The notes below the pieces were generated by a model. It saw only the letters and a list, made by a program, of their open reading frames with translations. It was not told the origin of the DNA and searched no databases. From assembly GCA_001804815.1 (NCBI GenBank), contig MHBI01000056.1, forward strand, positions 28,802 through 92,801: DNA of 64,000 nucleotides, written 5' to 3'. Made by a program: the position numbers and the translations under genes. Of this stretch, positions 55,088 through 64,000 are shown in pieces. Numbering within the stretch: position 1 is the stretch's first letter; the number at the start of each line of letters is the position of its first letter. The DNA comes from Lentisphaerae bacterium GWF2_50_93. Lineage in GTDB: Bacteria > Verrucomicrobiota > Lentisphaeria > Victivallales > GWF2-50-93.

Positions 55088-56541
55088 TCGAATTCAAAGA
55101 CCCGTACGGTCATGCTTCCCTGTCCGGCATGGCGGACATGGACTATGGCACGTTTCTTTTCGATGGTAATATCGACAGGTTCAGCTGAAACCATGGCGCC
55201 ATCACGGGAGATTGCCTTCAGTTTAAGTTTCCCATCTGATGGGAGCGGCAGCTGCGTGACCTGATATTCACGCGGCAGAGTCTGCCAGCAGCGCGTGTCA
55301 GCGGTATTGAAAGTGTACTTGTAGGCGCTGGTAACAATTACCGTACCCACTACAGCGGCTATGCCTCCGGCTCCATGCACCTGGCTGGCGCCCGCCACTG
55401 CGGCGGCGGTTGCGGCCTCCTTGACTAAAGTCGATATGACCAGTCTGGTTATCATTCCAGGAAATATTTCCTTGTACTCCTGGGATACGACTGAATCCAT
55501 GGCTGAAATCGTGACGGTCTTGAAAGAGTTCCCCGAGGAGTCAGTGATCTGCAGGCTTTCAGTTGAGGTAGGGAAATACTCCAGTTCGGAATATGCTATA
55601 CCGGACACGACAATACTGAATTTGCGCTCCTTGAACGCAGGTGCCAGACCGTTCTCGAAGATTACAAACACTATGTTGGTGTCGAGGGGATAATTGAAGG
55701 GCTTGACTCCTGACAGCTCGTTCGGGATCTTGTTGGCCATATATTGCGAAGTTGTCACATAGTACTGCTGGCTCAGGGGGTTCTCCGTGTCCATCTTGTA
55801 GAGGTTCCTGAAATCGACGTCGGCCTCAGCCATGTTCTTGTTGATGAGATATCGTATTCCTGACATGTAGGTCACGAAGGGGTTCATGAGGTTGCCGTAG
55901 GTCTTGTTGGATTTGCTCTTCATCTCGTCAAATGATTTCTTGAGTTCAGGATGCTCCTTTTCAAGTCCGTCGAAAGTGACCTGTTTGCCGGCCTTCTCGC
56001 CTTCCTTCTTGTTCTCCTCTTCCTGTTTCTTTATCTCGTCCTCGAATCTTTTTTCAGCTTCTTTCTGGCGTTCATATGCCCGGCGCAGCTCCACATTCGC
56101 ATCCGAGGCGTTGCCAAGGGCGAAATAGTCGAGGGCCTTGTAGGTGTTTAGGAGAATCCTGTCATAGTTGAATCCGCTGTAGGGCAGGGCGTTCTGGTTT
56201 GTGAACGCCGAACCTGTCTCCGCACCGGCTTTCCTCGCATTTATGGTGGCGCGATCGTCGAATTCCTTTATGATTGCTTCGCATCTTTCAAATGCCACGA
56301 GGCTTCCCTTGTAGTCTCCGGAGTCAAACTTGATCTTGCCCTGTTCCAGCCTCCACATGAGCTCGTCGCCGGTGTCGGCCCGTTTCTCGGCCATCTTGTC
56401 GGAGATCCTGACTGCCTCCTCCATGTTGCCGGAAGTATAGGCGGTCATCAGCTCCTCCTTCTGCGATCTTGATGTGTAGACAGAGGAGCATCCTGTGGCG
56501 AGGACAAGAAATAGGGCAAATAAATATTTAATCGTTACCAT
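55084..56541 (-). CDS. Lipoprotein with an N-terminal TPR-like region (COG3014-like, function unknown)
   Basis: Lipobox LATGC from the ATG at 56541, TPR-like helices, and a C-terminal beta-rich domain. It overlaps the upstream gene by 7 nt. Confidence 0.6.
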   Translation of the reverse strand: MVTIKYLFALFLVLATGCSSVYTSRSQKEELMTAYTSGNMEEAVRISDKMAEKRADTGDELMWRLEQGKIKFDSGDYKGSLVAFERCEAIIKEFDDRATINARKAGAETGSAFTNQNALPYSGFNYDRILLNTYKALDYFALGNASDANVELRRAYERQKEAEKRFEDEIKKQEEENKKEGEKAGKQVTFDGLEKEHPELKKSFDEMKSKSNKTYGNLMNPFVTYMSGIRYLINKNMAEADVDFRNLYKMDTENPLSQQYYVTTSQYMANKIPNELSGVKPFNYPLDTNIVFVIFENGLAPAFKERKFSIVVSGIAYSELEYFPTSTESLQITDSSGNSFKTVTISAMDSVVSQEYKEIFPGMITRLVISTLVKEAATAAAVAGASQVHGAGGIAAVVGTVIVTSAYKYTFNTADTRCWQTLPREYQVTQLPLPSDGKLKLKAISRDGAMVSAEPVDITIEKKRAIVHVRHAGQGSMTVRVFEFE

Positions 56542-57500
56542 CCCGGTGTAGCGCGCGGAGTGGCCGGTTCGACTTCTTTTTCCTTCTTCTCGATCTGGCG
56601 GCATATCGCGCCGACCGTCAGGACTCCGTCCGATTTGATGATTTTAGCCTTGGAGAATTTCTGCTGGACGGCGGTGACCTCGATGATGCCTATTTTGGTC
56701 TCATCTGTTCCAATGACGTCGCCCGTGTCCGGGTCTTTAACCGCCGCGCCCTGGGCGTAGACTTCATACTGTCCGCCTACCACGAGTCCGGTCCCTTCAC
56801 CGCGGTTCAAAACAAGTTCTTCGCCTTGGACTGATGCTATCTTGACAGGATATACGCCTTCAAGTATGTAGTTTGACGCACATACGGCGCAATCGGTGAA
56901 GAGCCTGTCCCTGTAGTCGCCTCCAGTCATGTTCTTGCGTTCCTGGACCGGGATGTCCCTGCTGTCGAGTTTCCTTGTGATGGTGTTGGCGCAGACTATT
57001 TTTCCGGACTTGGTCTCGACGACCCTGAAATGGACTTTCATGGTGCCCTTGAGCCTTATGGAGGTTTCCTTGGTAATCTCAATGAACTTCTTTTCCAGAT
57101 AGAACTCGACCCTGTCGACATGTCCGACAACAAGGTAGTCGGCTACGAGGAGTTTTCCGATCCTCTGCTCTTCGCCGGGCTTGATGTAGTCTGATTCGGT
57201 AAGCTTGTTCTCTTTCATGATCTTTTCGACGAAGGAGCGTTCAAGTACCGTGAACTTGCGGGATTTGACGAGGTTCTGGAGCAGCTGGTCGGCGAATTCG
57301 CTTTCGACGATCTGGATCTTCATTTCGGTGTCATTCACATTGATCTGGATATTATTGGGTTCCAAGACAAATGGAAGTACTGCAAGCGTGGGCTTTTCAA
57401 GCTTGGCCGGCGCTGCCGCCTCCTTGTCCTGGGCATACAGCCCCGAAGTGGAAATGGCGAAGAGGAAAGCCAGCATGGTGATTCTTGAAAAAGTTTTCAT
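56535..57500 (-). CDS. CsgG/LpoB-like periplasmic protein with a C-terminal beta-barrel-like domain
   Basis: Signal peptide from the ATG at 57500 (GGAGGT upstream). KPTLAVLPFV... matches the N-terminal pattern of CsgG/LpoB-type proteins. The C-terminal VKIASVQGEELVLNRGEGTGLVVGGQYEVY is an SH3/FlgT-C-like motif. Confidence 0.6.
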   Translation of the reverse strand: MKTFSRITMLAFLFAISTSGLYAQDKEAAAPAKLEKPTLAVLPFVLEPNNIQINVNDTEMKIQIVESEFADQLLQNLVKSRKFTVLERSFVEKIMKENKLTESDYIKPGEEQRIGKLLVADYLVVGHVDRVEFYLEKKFIEITKETSIRLKGTMKVHFRVVETKSGKIVCANTITRKLDSRDIPVQERKNMTGGDYRDRLFTDCAVCASNYILEGVYPVKIASVQGEELVLNRGEGTGLVVGGQYEVYAQGAAVKDPDTGDVIGTDETKIGIIEVTAVQQKFSKAKIIKSDGVLTVGAICRQIEKKEKEVEPATPRATPGW

Positions 57501-57597
57501 ATGACCTCCGGTGTTTTTAGTAAATTTGGTGGGGAATATACATCCATCCGGCCTCAATTCAACAGATATGGCCGCATGCGCACGAGGGGGTGTCTTA

Positions 57598-57909
57598 TCA
57601 GAAGTCATCTTCCTTCATAGGCGGTGGTTTTGTTCCGAACTCGAACTTGTCCTTCATGGTCGGGATCATGCCAATGGATGTCCGGGAAAGCCTTACTGTG
57701 CCTTTCGCAATCTTTTCGTCAATTTCGACGCCCGTGATTGTGCCCGTTTCAGTTACGTCGTAGTCCTCGATATGGTCGGGCGTGGGGATCTCAAAAACGA
57801 AATCGCATTCGGCGCACTCCGCAGTCTCCCCTGCAAATTCCAGGGGCACTGAAAATGACGCCTTGCATTTCGGGCATGAAACTTTGAATTCTTTATTATC
57901 CATGTTCAA
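57598..57909 (-). CDS. MJ0042-type zinc-ribbon protein
   Basis: CPKCKASFSVP...AECAECDFVFEIP (CxxC...CxxC). It lies directly upstream of the CsgG/LpoB-like gene. Confidence 0.65.
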   Translation of the reverse strand: MNMDNKEFKVSCPKCKASFSVPLEFAGETAECAECDFVFEIPTPDHIEDYDVTETGTITGVEIDEKIAKGTVRLSRTSIGMIPTMKDKFEFGTKPPPMKEDDF

Positions 57910-58000
57910 TTGTCTTATTTTTAAGTGACCTTTTTAAAAGAGCAGAACTTAATATGTTATTCAGTAATTTCCAGTATTTTCTTCAAAGAAAAAGACTAAA

Positions 58001-58738
58001 TCATGTCCTGAAACATACCAGATGACAATGCTCGTTCGGCGATTTGTAAAGCCGCTCAACATATTTGAAGCCGCTGGCAAGGCCTATCTTCTCCAACGTT
58101 GAAAGTGATTCCGGATGATCGTCCCTCATGGCATGCCAACGCGCCTCCTCTTTCTCGCTGTCTGAAAGTACTTTCCATGTACAGCATATTTTCCACCATC
58201 TTCTCAGATAATTCTCCACGCTTTCATTTTCCTTTAGAAGTGGTTCATAGATAATAACATATCCATGGAAGCCAAGTATGCTTCGGCAGAAAACCAGCAT
58301 TTTCTCCTTCTGGTGCATGGGCAGATGATGGAGGGAAAACCCCAGCCAGACTATGTCGGCTTCAAGCCCGGGACTCTGGACGTAGTTCAGGAAATCGCCG
58401 CATATGAAGTTCTTTTCGCAGTGGAGCTTCTTCAGATTGTTTTCCGCAAGTCGCAATGCCACGGGCGATAGGTCGACCCCGGTATATTTTTCAATGGTTG
58501 ATTCCCTGAGGATCTTCGACATCGCGCCTGTGTCGCCGCATCCCAGATCCATTATTGAAAAGCCCCATATGAAGTTATCCGAGATGAATCTCTGAAGTAT
58601 TGCGGACGATTCCTTCTGGAAGAGGTAGTTGGCGCTGGAAATCTTTTGGTAGCGCTGCCAGTGGGAGAAAAATTCCCCGACATCCTTCGTGTTCTGCTTG
58701 GTCAGGGGCACTGGTCTTGAGTTCTTGCCTTTATCCAT
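58001..58738 (-). CDS. Class I SAM-dependent methyltransferase
   Basis: Motif I IMDLGCGDTGAM, then ...YTGVDLS... and WLGFSLHH. Confidence 0.75.
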   Translation of the reverse strand: MDKGKNSRPVPLTKQNTKDVGEFFSHWQRYQKISSANYLFQKESSAILQRFISDNFIWGFSIMDLGCGDTGAMSKILRESTIEKYTGVDLSPVALRLAENNLKKLHCEKNFICGDFLNYVQSPGLEADIVWLGFSLHHLPMHQKEKMLVFCRSILGFHGYVIIYEPLLKENESVENYLRRWWKICCTWKVLSDSEKEEARWHAMRDDHPESLSTLEKIGLASGFKYVERLYKSPNEHCHLVCFRT

Positions 58739-58889
58739 ATTATAGTCCGCATCCTAATGTTGTAGAGCCTACCATAATCTACTTGTGATACTGTAAATCG
58801 CTAATGCCACGCTTGATTTTAACGCAAATCAGCTTAAGTTTTCGAGCTTGAAGAAATCGCAAATCGCATACTTTTAGGAACTTAAGAAT

Positions 58890-61556
58890 ATGAGCACAAA
58901 TGAAATGCCGAAGGCCTACGAGCCTAATGATGTCGAGAACAAATGGTATCCGCTCTGGGAGGACAGGGGCTGCTTCAAGGGAAATCCTGATTCCGGGAAG
59001 AAGCCGTATTCAATTGTCATACCGCCTCCCAATGTTACAGGCATACTCACGATGGGGCACGTGCTGAACAATACGTTGCAGGACATCCTGATCCGCTGGC
59101 GCAGAATGCAGGGATATGAAGCCTGCTGGTTCCCCGGAACCGACCACGCCGGCATCGCTACCGAGACCCGCGTCGACAAGCAGCTCCGCGAAAATGAAGG
59201 CCATGGACGTGACCATTATGGACGCGAGGAATTCGTCAGGCGCGTCTGGGAGTGGAGGGAACAGTATGGTCACACGATCATCAAGCAGCTCCGCAAGCTT
59301 GGGACTTCCTGCGACTGGGAACGCGAACGCTTTACCATGGACGAAGGCCTCAACAAGGCCGTCATGCTCGTATTCGTAAAGCTTTATGAAAAAGGCTATA
59401 TCTACCGCGGACGCCGCATGATCAACTGGTGTCCGGTGTCAAAGACAGCCCTTTCCGACGAGGAAGTGATCTACAAGGAAGTGCACGGCTACTTCTACCA
59501 TTTCAAATATCCGCTTTCCGACGGATCCGGACATCTGGTGATCGCCACGACACGCCCGGAAACAATGCTCGGAGATTCAGCTGTCGCCGTCAATCCGGCC
59601 GACGAACGATACAAGGACATCATCGGCAAGACAATAGACCTGCCTTTGACATCGAGGAAAATTCCAGTCATCGCGGATGAACACGCCGATCCCCTGTTCG
59701 GAACAGGCTGCGTGAAAATAACTCCCGCCCACGATCCGAACGACTTCGAAGTCGGACTCCGCCACAAGCTGCAGGTCCTGAACGTCATGAACGCCGACGC
59801 CACCATGAACGAGGCCGCAGGCGAGGAATTTGTCGGACTCGACCGATTCGAGTGCCGCGAAAAAATCGTCAAGCTGATGCAGGACGCCAAGCTTGTCGTC
59901 AAGATCGAGGACCACATGCACAGCGTCGGCTATTCCGAACGCGGCGATGTGCCGATCGAACCGCGCGTCAGCGAACAGTGGTTCGTGGACATGAAGGAAC
60001 TTGCGAAACCCGCAATCAGCGCCGTCAAATCCGGCGAGATCAAGTTCTATCCCGACCGCTGGACAAAAACATATTTCCACTGGATGGAGAACATCAAGGA
60101 CTGGTGCATCAGCCGACAGATCTGGTGGGGTCACCGCATTCCCGCATGGTACCATAAGAAGACTGGTAAGATCTTCGTAGGGCTTGAAGCTCCGAAGGAC
60201 ATCGAGAACTGGGTACAGGACGAGGACGTGCTCGACACCTGGTTCAGCTCCTGGCTGTGGCCCTTCTCGATCATGGGCTGGCCTGAGGAGACAAAGGAGC
60301 AGAAGTTCTTCTATCCTACGAGTGACCTTGTGACCGGTCCGGATATCATTTTCTTCTGGGTCGCCAGGATGATTATGGCCGGATATGAGTTCAAGGGCGC
60401 ACTGCCGTTCAGGAACGTATATTTTACGAGCATCATCCGCGATGAGACCGGACGCAAGCTCAGCAAGTCGCTGGGTAATTCGCCGGATCCTCTGGACGTG
60501 ATAAAGACATATGGTGCGGATGCGCTCCGCTTCTCAATAATTTACATCGCGCCGCTCGGCATGGATATCCGATACAGCAACGAGAAATGCGAGATCGGCA
60601 GGAACTTCGCCAACAAGCTCTGGAACGCCTCACGTTTCCGCAGGATGCAGGGAGACATAGTCCCCTTTGATATTAGTTCATTGAAAGCCACGGATCTTTC
60701 ACAGGACGACAAGTGGATGCTGGGCAGGCTCAACCAGGTTGTGATGTCTGTGAACGACTCGCTGGAGAACTTCAGGTTCCATGACGCGGTCCACGGCCTG
60801 TATGAATTTGTCTGGGGCGAATTCTGCGACTGGTACATAGAGGTCTCAAAGGAGAATTTCTTCAACAAGGAGAACACGGAGAAGCGCAACAGGGGCCTCG
60901 GCCTCTTTGATCATGCCATGTTCACGATCCTGAAGCTCCTGCATCCGTTCATGCCGTTCGTAACCGAGGAGCTTGCGCACCAGCTCGGATATCTTGCGGA
61001 CGATGCAAACATCATGCTTGCGGAGTTCCCGAAGCCGTTGGAATCTGCGAAACTCGCAGAACTCGGCATCAGCGACGAACTCATAAAGCGCGTTGTTGCG
61101 AAGTTCGCAATCATCAGCGCCGGAAGAAACCTGCGCGTGAGCTGCAACATTGCGCCATCTCTGAAAATAAAGTATTTCATCAAGCCTGTCGATGCCGGAA
61201 CCGAGAAGTTCCTGCAGGAGCAGAAATCCTCCCTGGAAATGCTGCTCCGCGCCGAAAGCCTTGTGATCGATGCGAACTTCGCGGCTTCAGGCCCGGCCCC
61301 CTCGATCGTCACTGACGCCGGCACGATATTCATGCCGCTCGAAGGGCTTGTCGACGTCGCTGCGGAACTCGCAAAACTCGAGAAGCAGAAGAAGGAGCTG
61401 GACAGCTGGATCGCCGGCACGAAGGCGAAATTGTCAAACGAGCGGTTCGTCAGCAAGGCTCCTCCGAAGGTCATCGAGGATTCAAAGAAGCTCCTCGCCG
61501 AAAACGAGGACAAGCTGTGCCGTGTCGAGGATATGATAGCGGCGTTGCGCCGATAA
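58890..61556 (+). CDS. valS: Valyl-tRNA synthetase
   Basis: HIGH-type motif PPPNVTGILTMGH, the KMSKS variant KLSKSLGN, and a C-terminal coiled coil. Confidence 0.96.
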   Translation: MSTNEMPKAYEPNDVENKWYPLWEDRGCFKGNPDSGKKPYSIVIPPPNVTGILTMGHVLNNTLQDILIRWRRMQGYEACWFPGTDHAGIATETRVDKQLRENEGHGRDHYGREEFVRRVWEWREQYGHTIIKQLRKLGTSCDWERERFTMDEGLNKAVMLVFVKLYEKGYIYRGRRMINWCPVSKTALSDEEVIYKEVHGYFYHFKYPLSDGSGHLVIATTRPETMLGDSAVAVNPADERYKDIIGKTIDLPLTSRKIPVIADEHADPLFGTGCVKITPAHDPNDFEVGLRHKLQVLNVMNADATMNEAAGEEFVGLDRFECREKIVKLMQDAKLVVKIEDHMHSVGYSERGDVPIEPRVSEQWFVDMKELAKPAISAVKSGEIKFYPDRWTKTYFHWMENIKDWCISRQIWWGHRIPAWYHKKTGKIFVGLEAPKDIENWVQDEDVLDTWFSSWLWPFSIMGWPEETKEQKFFYPTSDLVTGPDIIFFWVARMIMAGYEFKGALPFRNVYFTSIIRDETGRKLSKSLGNSPDPLDVIKTYGADALRFSIIYIAPLGMDIRYSNEKCEIGRNFANKLWNASRFRRMQGDIVPFDISSLKATDLSQDDKWMLGRLNQVVMSVNDSLENFRFHDAVHGLYEFVWGEFCDWYIEVSKENFFNKENTEKRNRGLGLFDHAMFTILKLLHPFMPFVTEELAHQLGYLADDANIMLAEFPKPLESAKLAELGISDELIKRVVAKFAIISAGRNLRVSCNIAPSLKIKYFIKPVDAGTEKFLQEQKSSLEMLLRAESLVIDANFAASGPAPSIVTDAGTIFMPLEGLVDVAAELAKLEKQKKELDSWIAGTKAKLSNERFVSKAPPKVIEDSKKLLAENEDKLCRVEDMIAALRR

Positions 61557-61590
61557 AATCCGCTCCGCGTATTTTATATTTTTATTTGAC

Positions 61591-61626
61591 TTGTTTGTAG
61601 TCAATGCCGTAAGGCATGTGAAGAGC
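61591..61626 (+). repeat. Dispersed REP copy of the RAYT-associated family
   Basis: ttgtttGTAGTCAATGCC-GTAA-GGCATGTGaagagc is almost identical to 15658-15692. Confidence 0.8.
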
Positions 61627-61737
61627 AAATGTTGATTTTGTTGAGTCCTCATACCGGAGACGAATCTTTGGAGTATACGGAGTGTATGCACCGCTTTTAA
61701 ATTCAACTTGTAAGGATTCCTTAATAGTTCAATATGA

Positions 61738-61770
61738 GTGAGAGCGTCGGCATCTTGCCGGCAATCTTTG
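61738..61770 (+). repeat. 'REP-2' hairpin repeat, diverged copy
   Basis: gtgaGAGCGTCGGCAtctTGCCGGCAATCTTTG compared with GAGCGCTGGCGtccCGCCGGCAATTTGC at 10894-10921. Confidence 0.55.
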
Positions 61771-61855
61771 TGTTTCGTGTTTTATATCCTTTCTGTGTAA
61801 TCTGTGTGTTCTGTGGTTGAAAATTTATTAGTAAAAAACATAAGAATCTTAAAAA

Positions 61856-63355
61856 ATGAAAAAAACAAAGTCAAATACTGAAATTGAAAAGGCGCTAAGG
61901 GACTTCATCGCCGGCGCCGAGAAGTCCTTCAATGCCGAAAATGCGGCAGAGGAAATAGCCGAGGTCTTGAAACTTGATACCAAGGAGTTAATTCCTGAAG
62001 TGGAAAAGCTTCTTGCCGCTGACAATTCCCTGCTCGACATCACCTGCGAAGGCGAGCTCCGTGAGAACTATATTTCAAGGAGGAAATTCTTCGACAAGGC
62101 GGAGTTCTGCATCTCCCCGACACAGGCGGAACTCGACAAGGGGGTACTTTTTCCCGGACACCGCTTCGTCCCCTTCCTAAATCCTGACATTCCGCCATTC
62201 GATGCAGTCCTCAAGTCGGACGAATCCGGAACAGGATTTGAGATGAAGGCTTTCAAGGATTATTCCATGGACGCCCTCGAACAATATCATTCGCTCCTGG
62301 GAGTGGATTTGACGCTCCGGTATTACGTGCAAAACGACAAGGATAACTCCGAATCGATTGGCGAGTCTCGCGGGAAAAAGGCAAAATTGAATATGAAGGT
62401 CTATGACTTGAAGGAGTTTTATAAGAAGCATTCCTTCAAGATGGGCGACGCGCTGATAGTAAGTGTTGAAGACTCCGACAAGGGCGTCTTCCGATTCAGC
62501 ATCCTGCCAGGTTCTGAGAAACAAAGCCATCTGGCTGACATACAGAATTGGGTTTCACGGATGGAAGATGCGCTCCTGGCTGTTTTCGACGTCTACGGGC
62601 CGGCGATGGACATCAAGTCGCAGCTCGAACAGGCGTTCATATTGAATCCCACGCTCATGGAGAACGTATTCATAAGCTACGGTGAATTCCTGAAGATCAG
62701 CGCCAAGGTGGGCGTCAAGCCCATGGGGAAGCTGAACAGCATCCTATGGCATAAGGAGGAAAATCCCGTCGACAGCGTGGACGTTAAATCACAGATTTCG
62801 ATCTCAGCCGGAAGCGTCGACAGCCTTGAAAAGATACTGCAGGATCTCGGCGTGGGCCTGCTGGTCTACGAGATCGAGGCGTTCATGCGGGATGAACTAT
62901 ACAATGGCAGGCAGTCCATGGATGGCGTCAGGAAACGCTGCTTTGCCGGACGCGAGCTTGTCTTCAAGGACGAGGCGCAGAAGATTGCTTTTGAAAACTT
63001 CCTCGACGAACTCTGGGAGGAGGTTCTTGCCGACTATGACAAATCCGCCGACGAGGAAAACGGAAGGCTCAGGGCGAGGGCGCTTGCGCTGATCGAGGAC
63101 CAGATGTCTTTCCTGCGCCGCCTGGATGCACTGAAGGTCCTCCAGGATCAGATTCCCAAGGAGGAGATGCTTACCTTCTCCGAAATAAGCAATGTCCTCG
63201 GACAGCTCCTCAACGTGCTCAACAATACCGGGAACAATTTCAAGAAGGAAGAAATCGAGACGATGCTCGTGATGCTTGACGAGACAGTCGATACCATCAG
63301 CATCATCAAGGCTTCCATGACAAGCAAGATTCCGGGGCTGGAGCAGGAGGCGTAG
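61856..63355 (+). CDS. Hypothetical cytoplasmic protein (499 aa), no recognisable domain
   Basis: A long intact ORF with an A-rich upstream region, an acidic helical composition and no TM segment. Confidence 0.65.
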   Translation: MKKTKSNTEIEKALRDFIAGAEKSFNAENAAEEIAEVLKLDTKELIPEVEKLLAADNSLLDITCEGELRENYISRRKFFDKAEFCISPTQAELDKGVLFPGHRFVPFLNPDIPPFDAVLKSDESGTGFEMKAFKDYSMDALEQYHSLLGVDLTLRYYVQNDKDNSESIGESRGKKAKLNMKVYDLKEFYKKHSFKMGDALIVSVEDSDKGVFRFSILPGSEKQSHLADIQNWVSRMEDALLAVFDVYGPAMDIKSQLEQAFILNPTLMENVFISYGEFLKISAKVGVKPMGKLNSILWHKEENPVDSVDVKSQISISAGSVDSLEKILQDLGVGLLVYEIEAFMRDELYNGRQSMDGVRKRCFAGRELVFKDEAQKIAFENFLDELWEEVLADYDKSADEENGRLRARALALIEDQMSFLRRLDALKVLQDQIPKEEMLTFSEISNVLGQLLNVLNNTGNNFKKEEIETMLVMLDETVDTISIIKASMTSKIPGLEQEA

Positions 63356-63385
63356 GCTGGAGTAGCGCGTCAGTCTTTATTTCTA

Positions 63386-63443
63386 AAGGTAGGGACGCCT
63401 CGCCGAGGCGTCCGCGGCGCTCTCGGCGAGAGCGCCCTACCTT
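63386..63443. repeat. Y-shaped GC-rich palindromic element (two adjacent palindromes nested in a 9-bp outer stem)
   Basis: aaggtaggg [gacgcctcg-c-cgaggcgtc] cgc [ggcgctctcg-g-cgagagcgcc] ctacctt. Confidence 0.7.
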
Positions 63444-63450
63444 GTAATTA

Positions 63451-63487
63451 AAATTTTATGGAGCACTGGCGTCCCGCCGGTAATTGC
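63451..63487 (+). repeat. 'REP-2' hairpin repeat, copy 2
   Basis: aaattttatGGAGCACTGGCGTCCCGCCGGTAATTGC is near-identical to 10885-10921. Confidence 0.7.
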
Positions 63488-63493
63488 ATAACC

Positions 63494-64000
63494 ATGAAAA
63501 TCATTCTGCCATTGTTGATATTTTTTTCCGCCTTGTTGGGCTTTGCACAGCCTGACGGCGGTAAAAAAATAATAATTGAAGACGTTCCTGCTGTAGTCCA
63601 AAGATCGGATTTCTGCGGCGAGGCATGTGTCGAGATGTATCTGAAAAAACTGGGGTCCGACATCACGCAGGACGAGGTATTCAATGTTTCCGGACTCGAT
63701 CCGGTACAGGGAAAGGGATGCTACACCGGAGATTTGCTGAAGGCCCTTGGAACTCTAGGATTCAATCTCGGAGATTTTTCCAGAATCTGCCCAAAAGTCA
63801 GTCCCTTGAAACCTGAAGAGTCGAATAAGTGCTTCGATGAAATGCTTGCAGATCTGAAAATAGGAATTCCTTCAATAGTCTGCATGCACTACAATGAAGA
63901 CGCTGCTTCGCCTGAACATTTCAGGCTTATCCTCGGATATGATCCGAATACCGATGAGATTGTCTACAACGAACCCGCCGAACAGGACGGCGCCTACAGG
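63494..64000 (+). CDS. Secreted papain-like cysteine peptidase domain protein (C39-like), 3' end outside the window
   Basis: Open frame from the ATG at 63494 to the window end. Signal peptide MKIILPLLIFFSALLGFA, candidate catalytic Cys in SDFCGEACVEMY, and His in PEHFRLILGYD. It is absent from the ORF track because no stop codon lies inside the window. Confidence 0.55.
   Translation, partial: MKIILPLLIFFSALLGFAQPDGGKKIIIEDVPAVVQRSDFCGEACVEMYLKKLGSDITQDEVFNVSGLDPVQGKGCYTGDLLKALGTLGFNLGDFSRICPKVSPLKPEESNKCFDEMLADLKIGIPSIVCMHYNEDAASPEHFRLILGYDPNTDEIVYNEPAEQDGAYR

Overview
The window looks like a bacterial chromosomal segment in the standard genetic code. It is densely coding, with about 57 protein genes. 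By eye I found no rRNA gene, no convincing tRNA and no CRISPR array.

Housekeeping genes I recognise:
- secA, pyrE, der, pgi
- a nifU-CDF-nifS operon
- proS, ispD, panB, rnr, tilS, tsaB, valS

Accessory content:
1. A ~14 kb glycosylation island (32.4-46.3 kb), visibly more AT-rich than its surroundings. It holds three paralogous ArnT/PMT-like GT-C membrane enzymes, three other large polytopic membrane proteins, a SAM methyltransferase, a GT2 polyprenyl-phosphate sugar synthase-like enzyme, a TatD hydrolase and a UbiA-family prenyltransferase. No flippase, polymerase or sugar-nucleotide genes are visible. This is my best candidate for an uncharacterised system.
2. An IS200-like REP-associated tyrosine transposase (RAYT, 15013-15606). 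It is bracketed by a family of REP hairpins with conserved flanks, covarying stems and mostly GNRA loops. Dispersed copies and two inverted copies of a ~146 bp MITE-like derivative occur elsewhere.
3. A second short GC-rich hairpin repeat family, with three copies.
4. A 12-copy 8-bp tandem repeat between lemA and an htpX-like M48 protease gene.
5. An envelope operon: zinc ribbon, CsgG/LpoB-like protein, TPR lipoprotein, YcfL/DUF1425.
6. An orphan mini-secretin.
7. Two type II toxin-antitoxin pairs (VapBC-like and RelE/ParE-like).
8. Two long, highly structured non-coding regions (28.6-29.0 kb and 46.26-46.77 kb) that I could not assign to any known RNA class.

All product calls come from motif recognition in the supplied translations. 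No searches were run.
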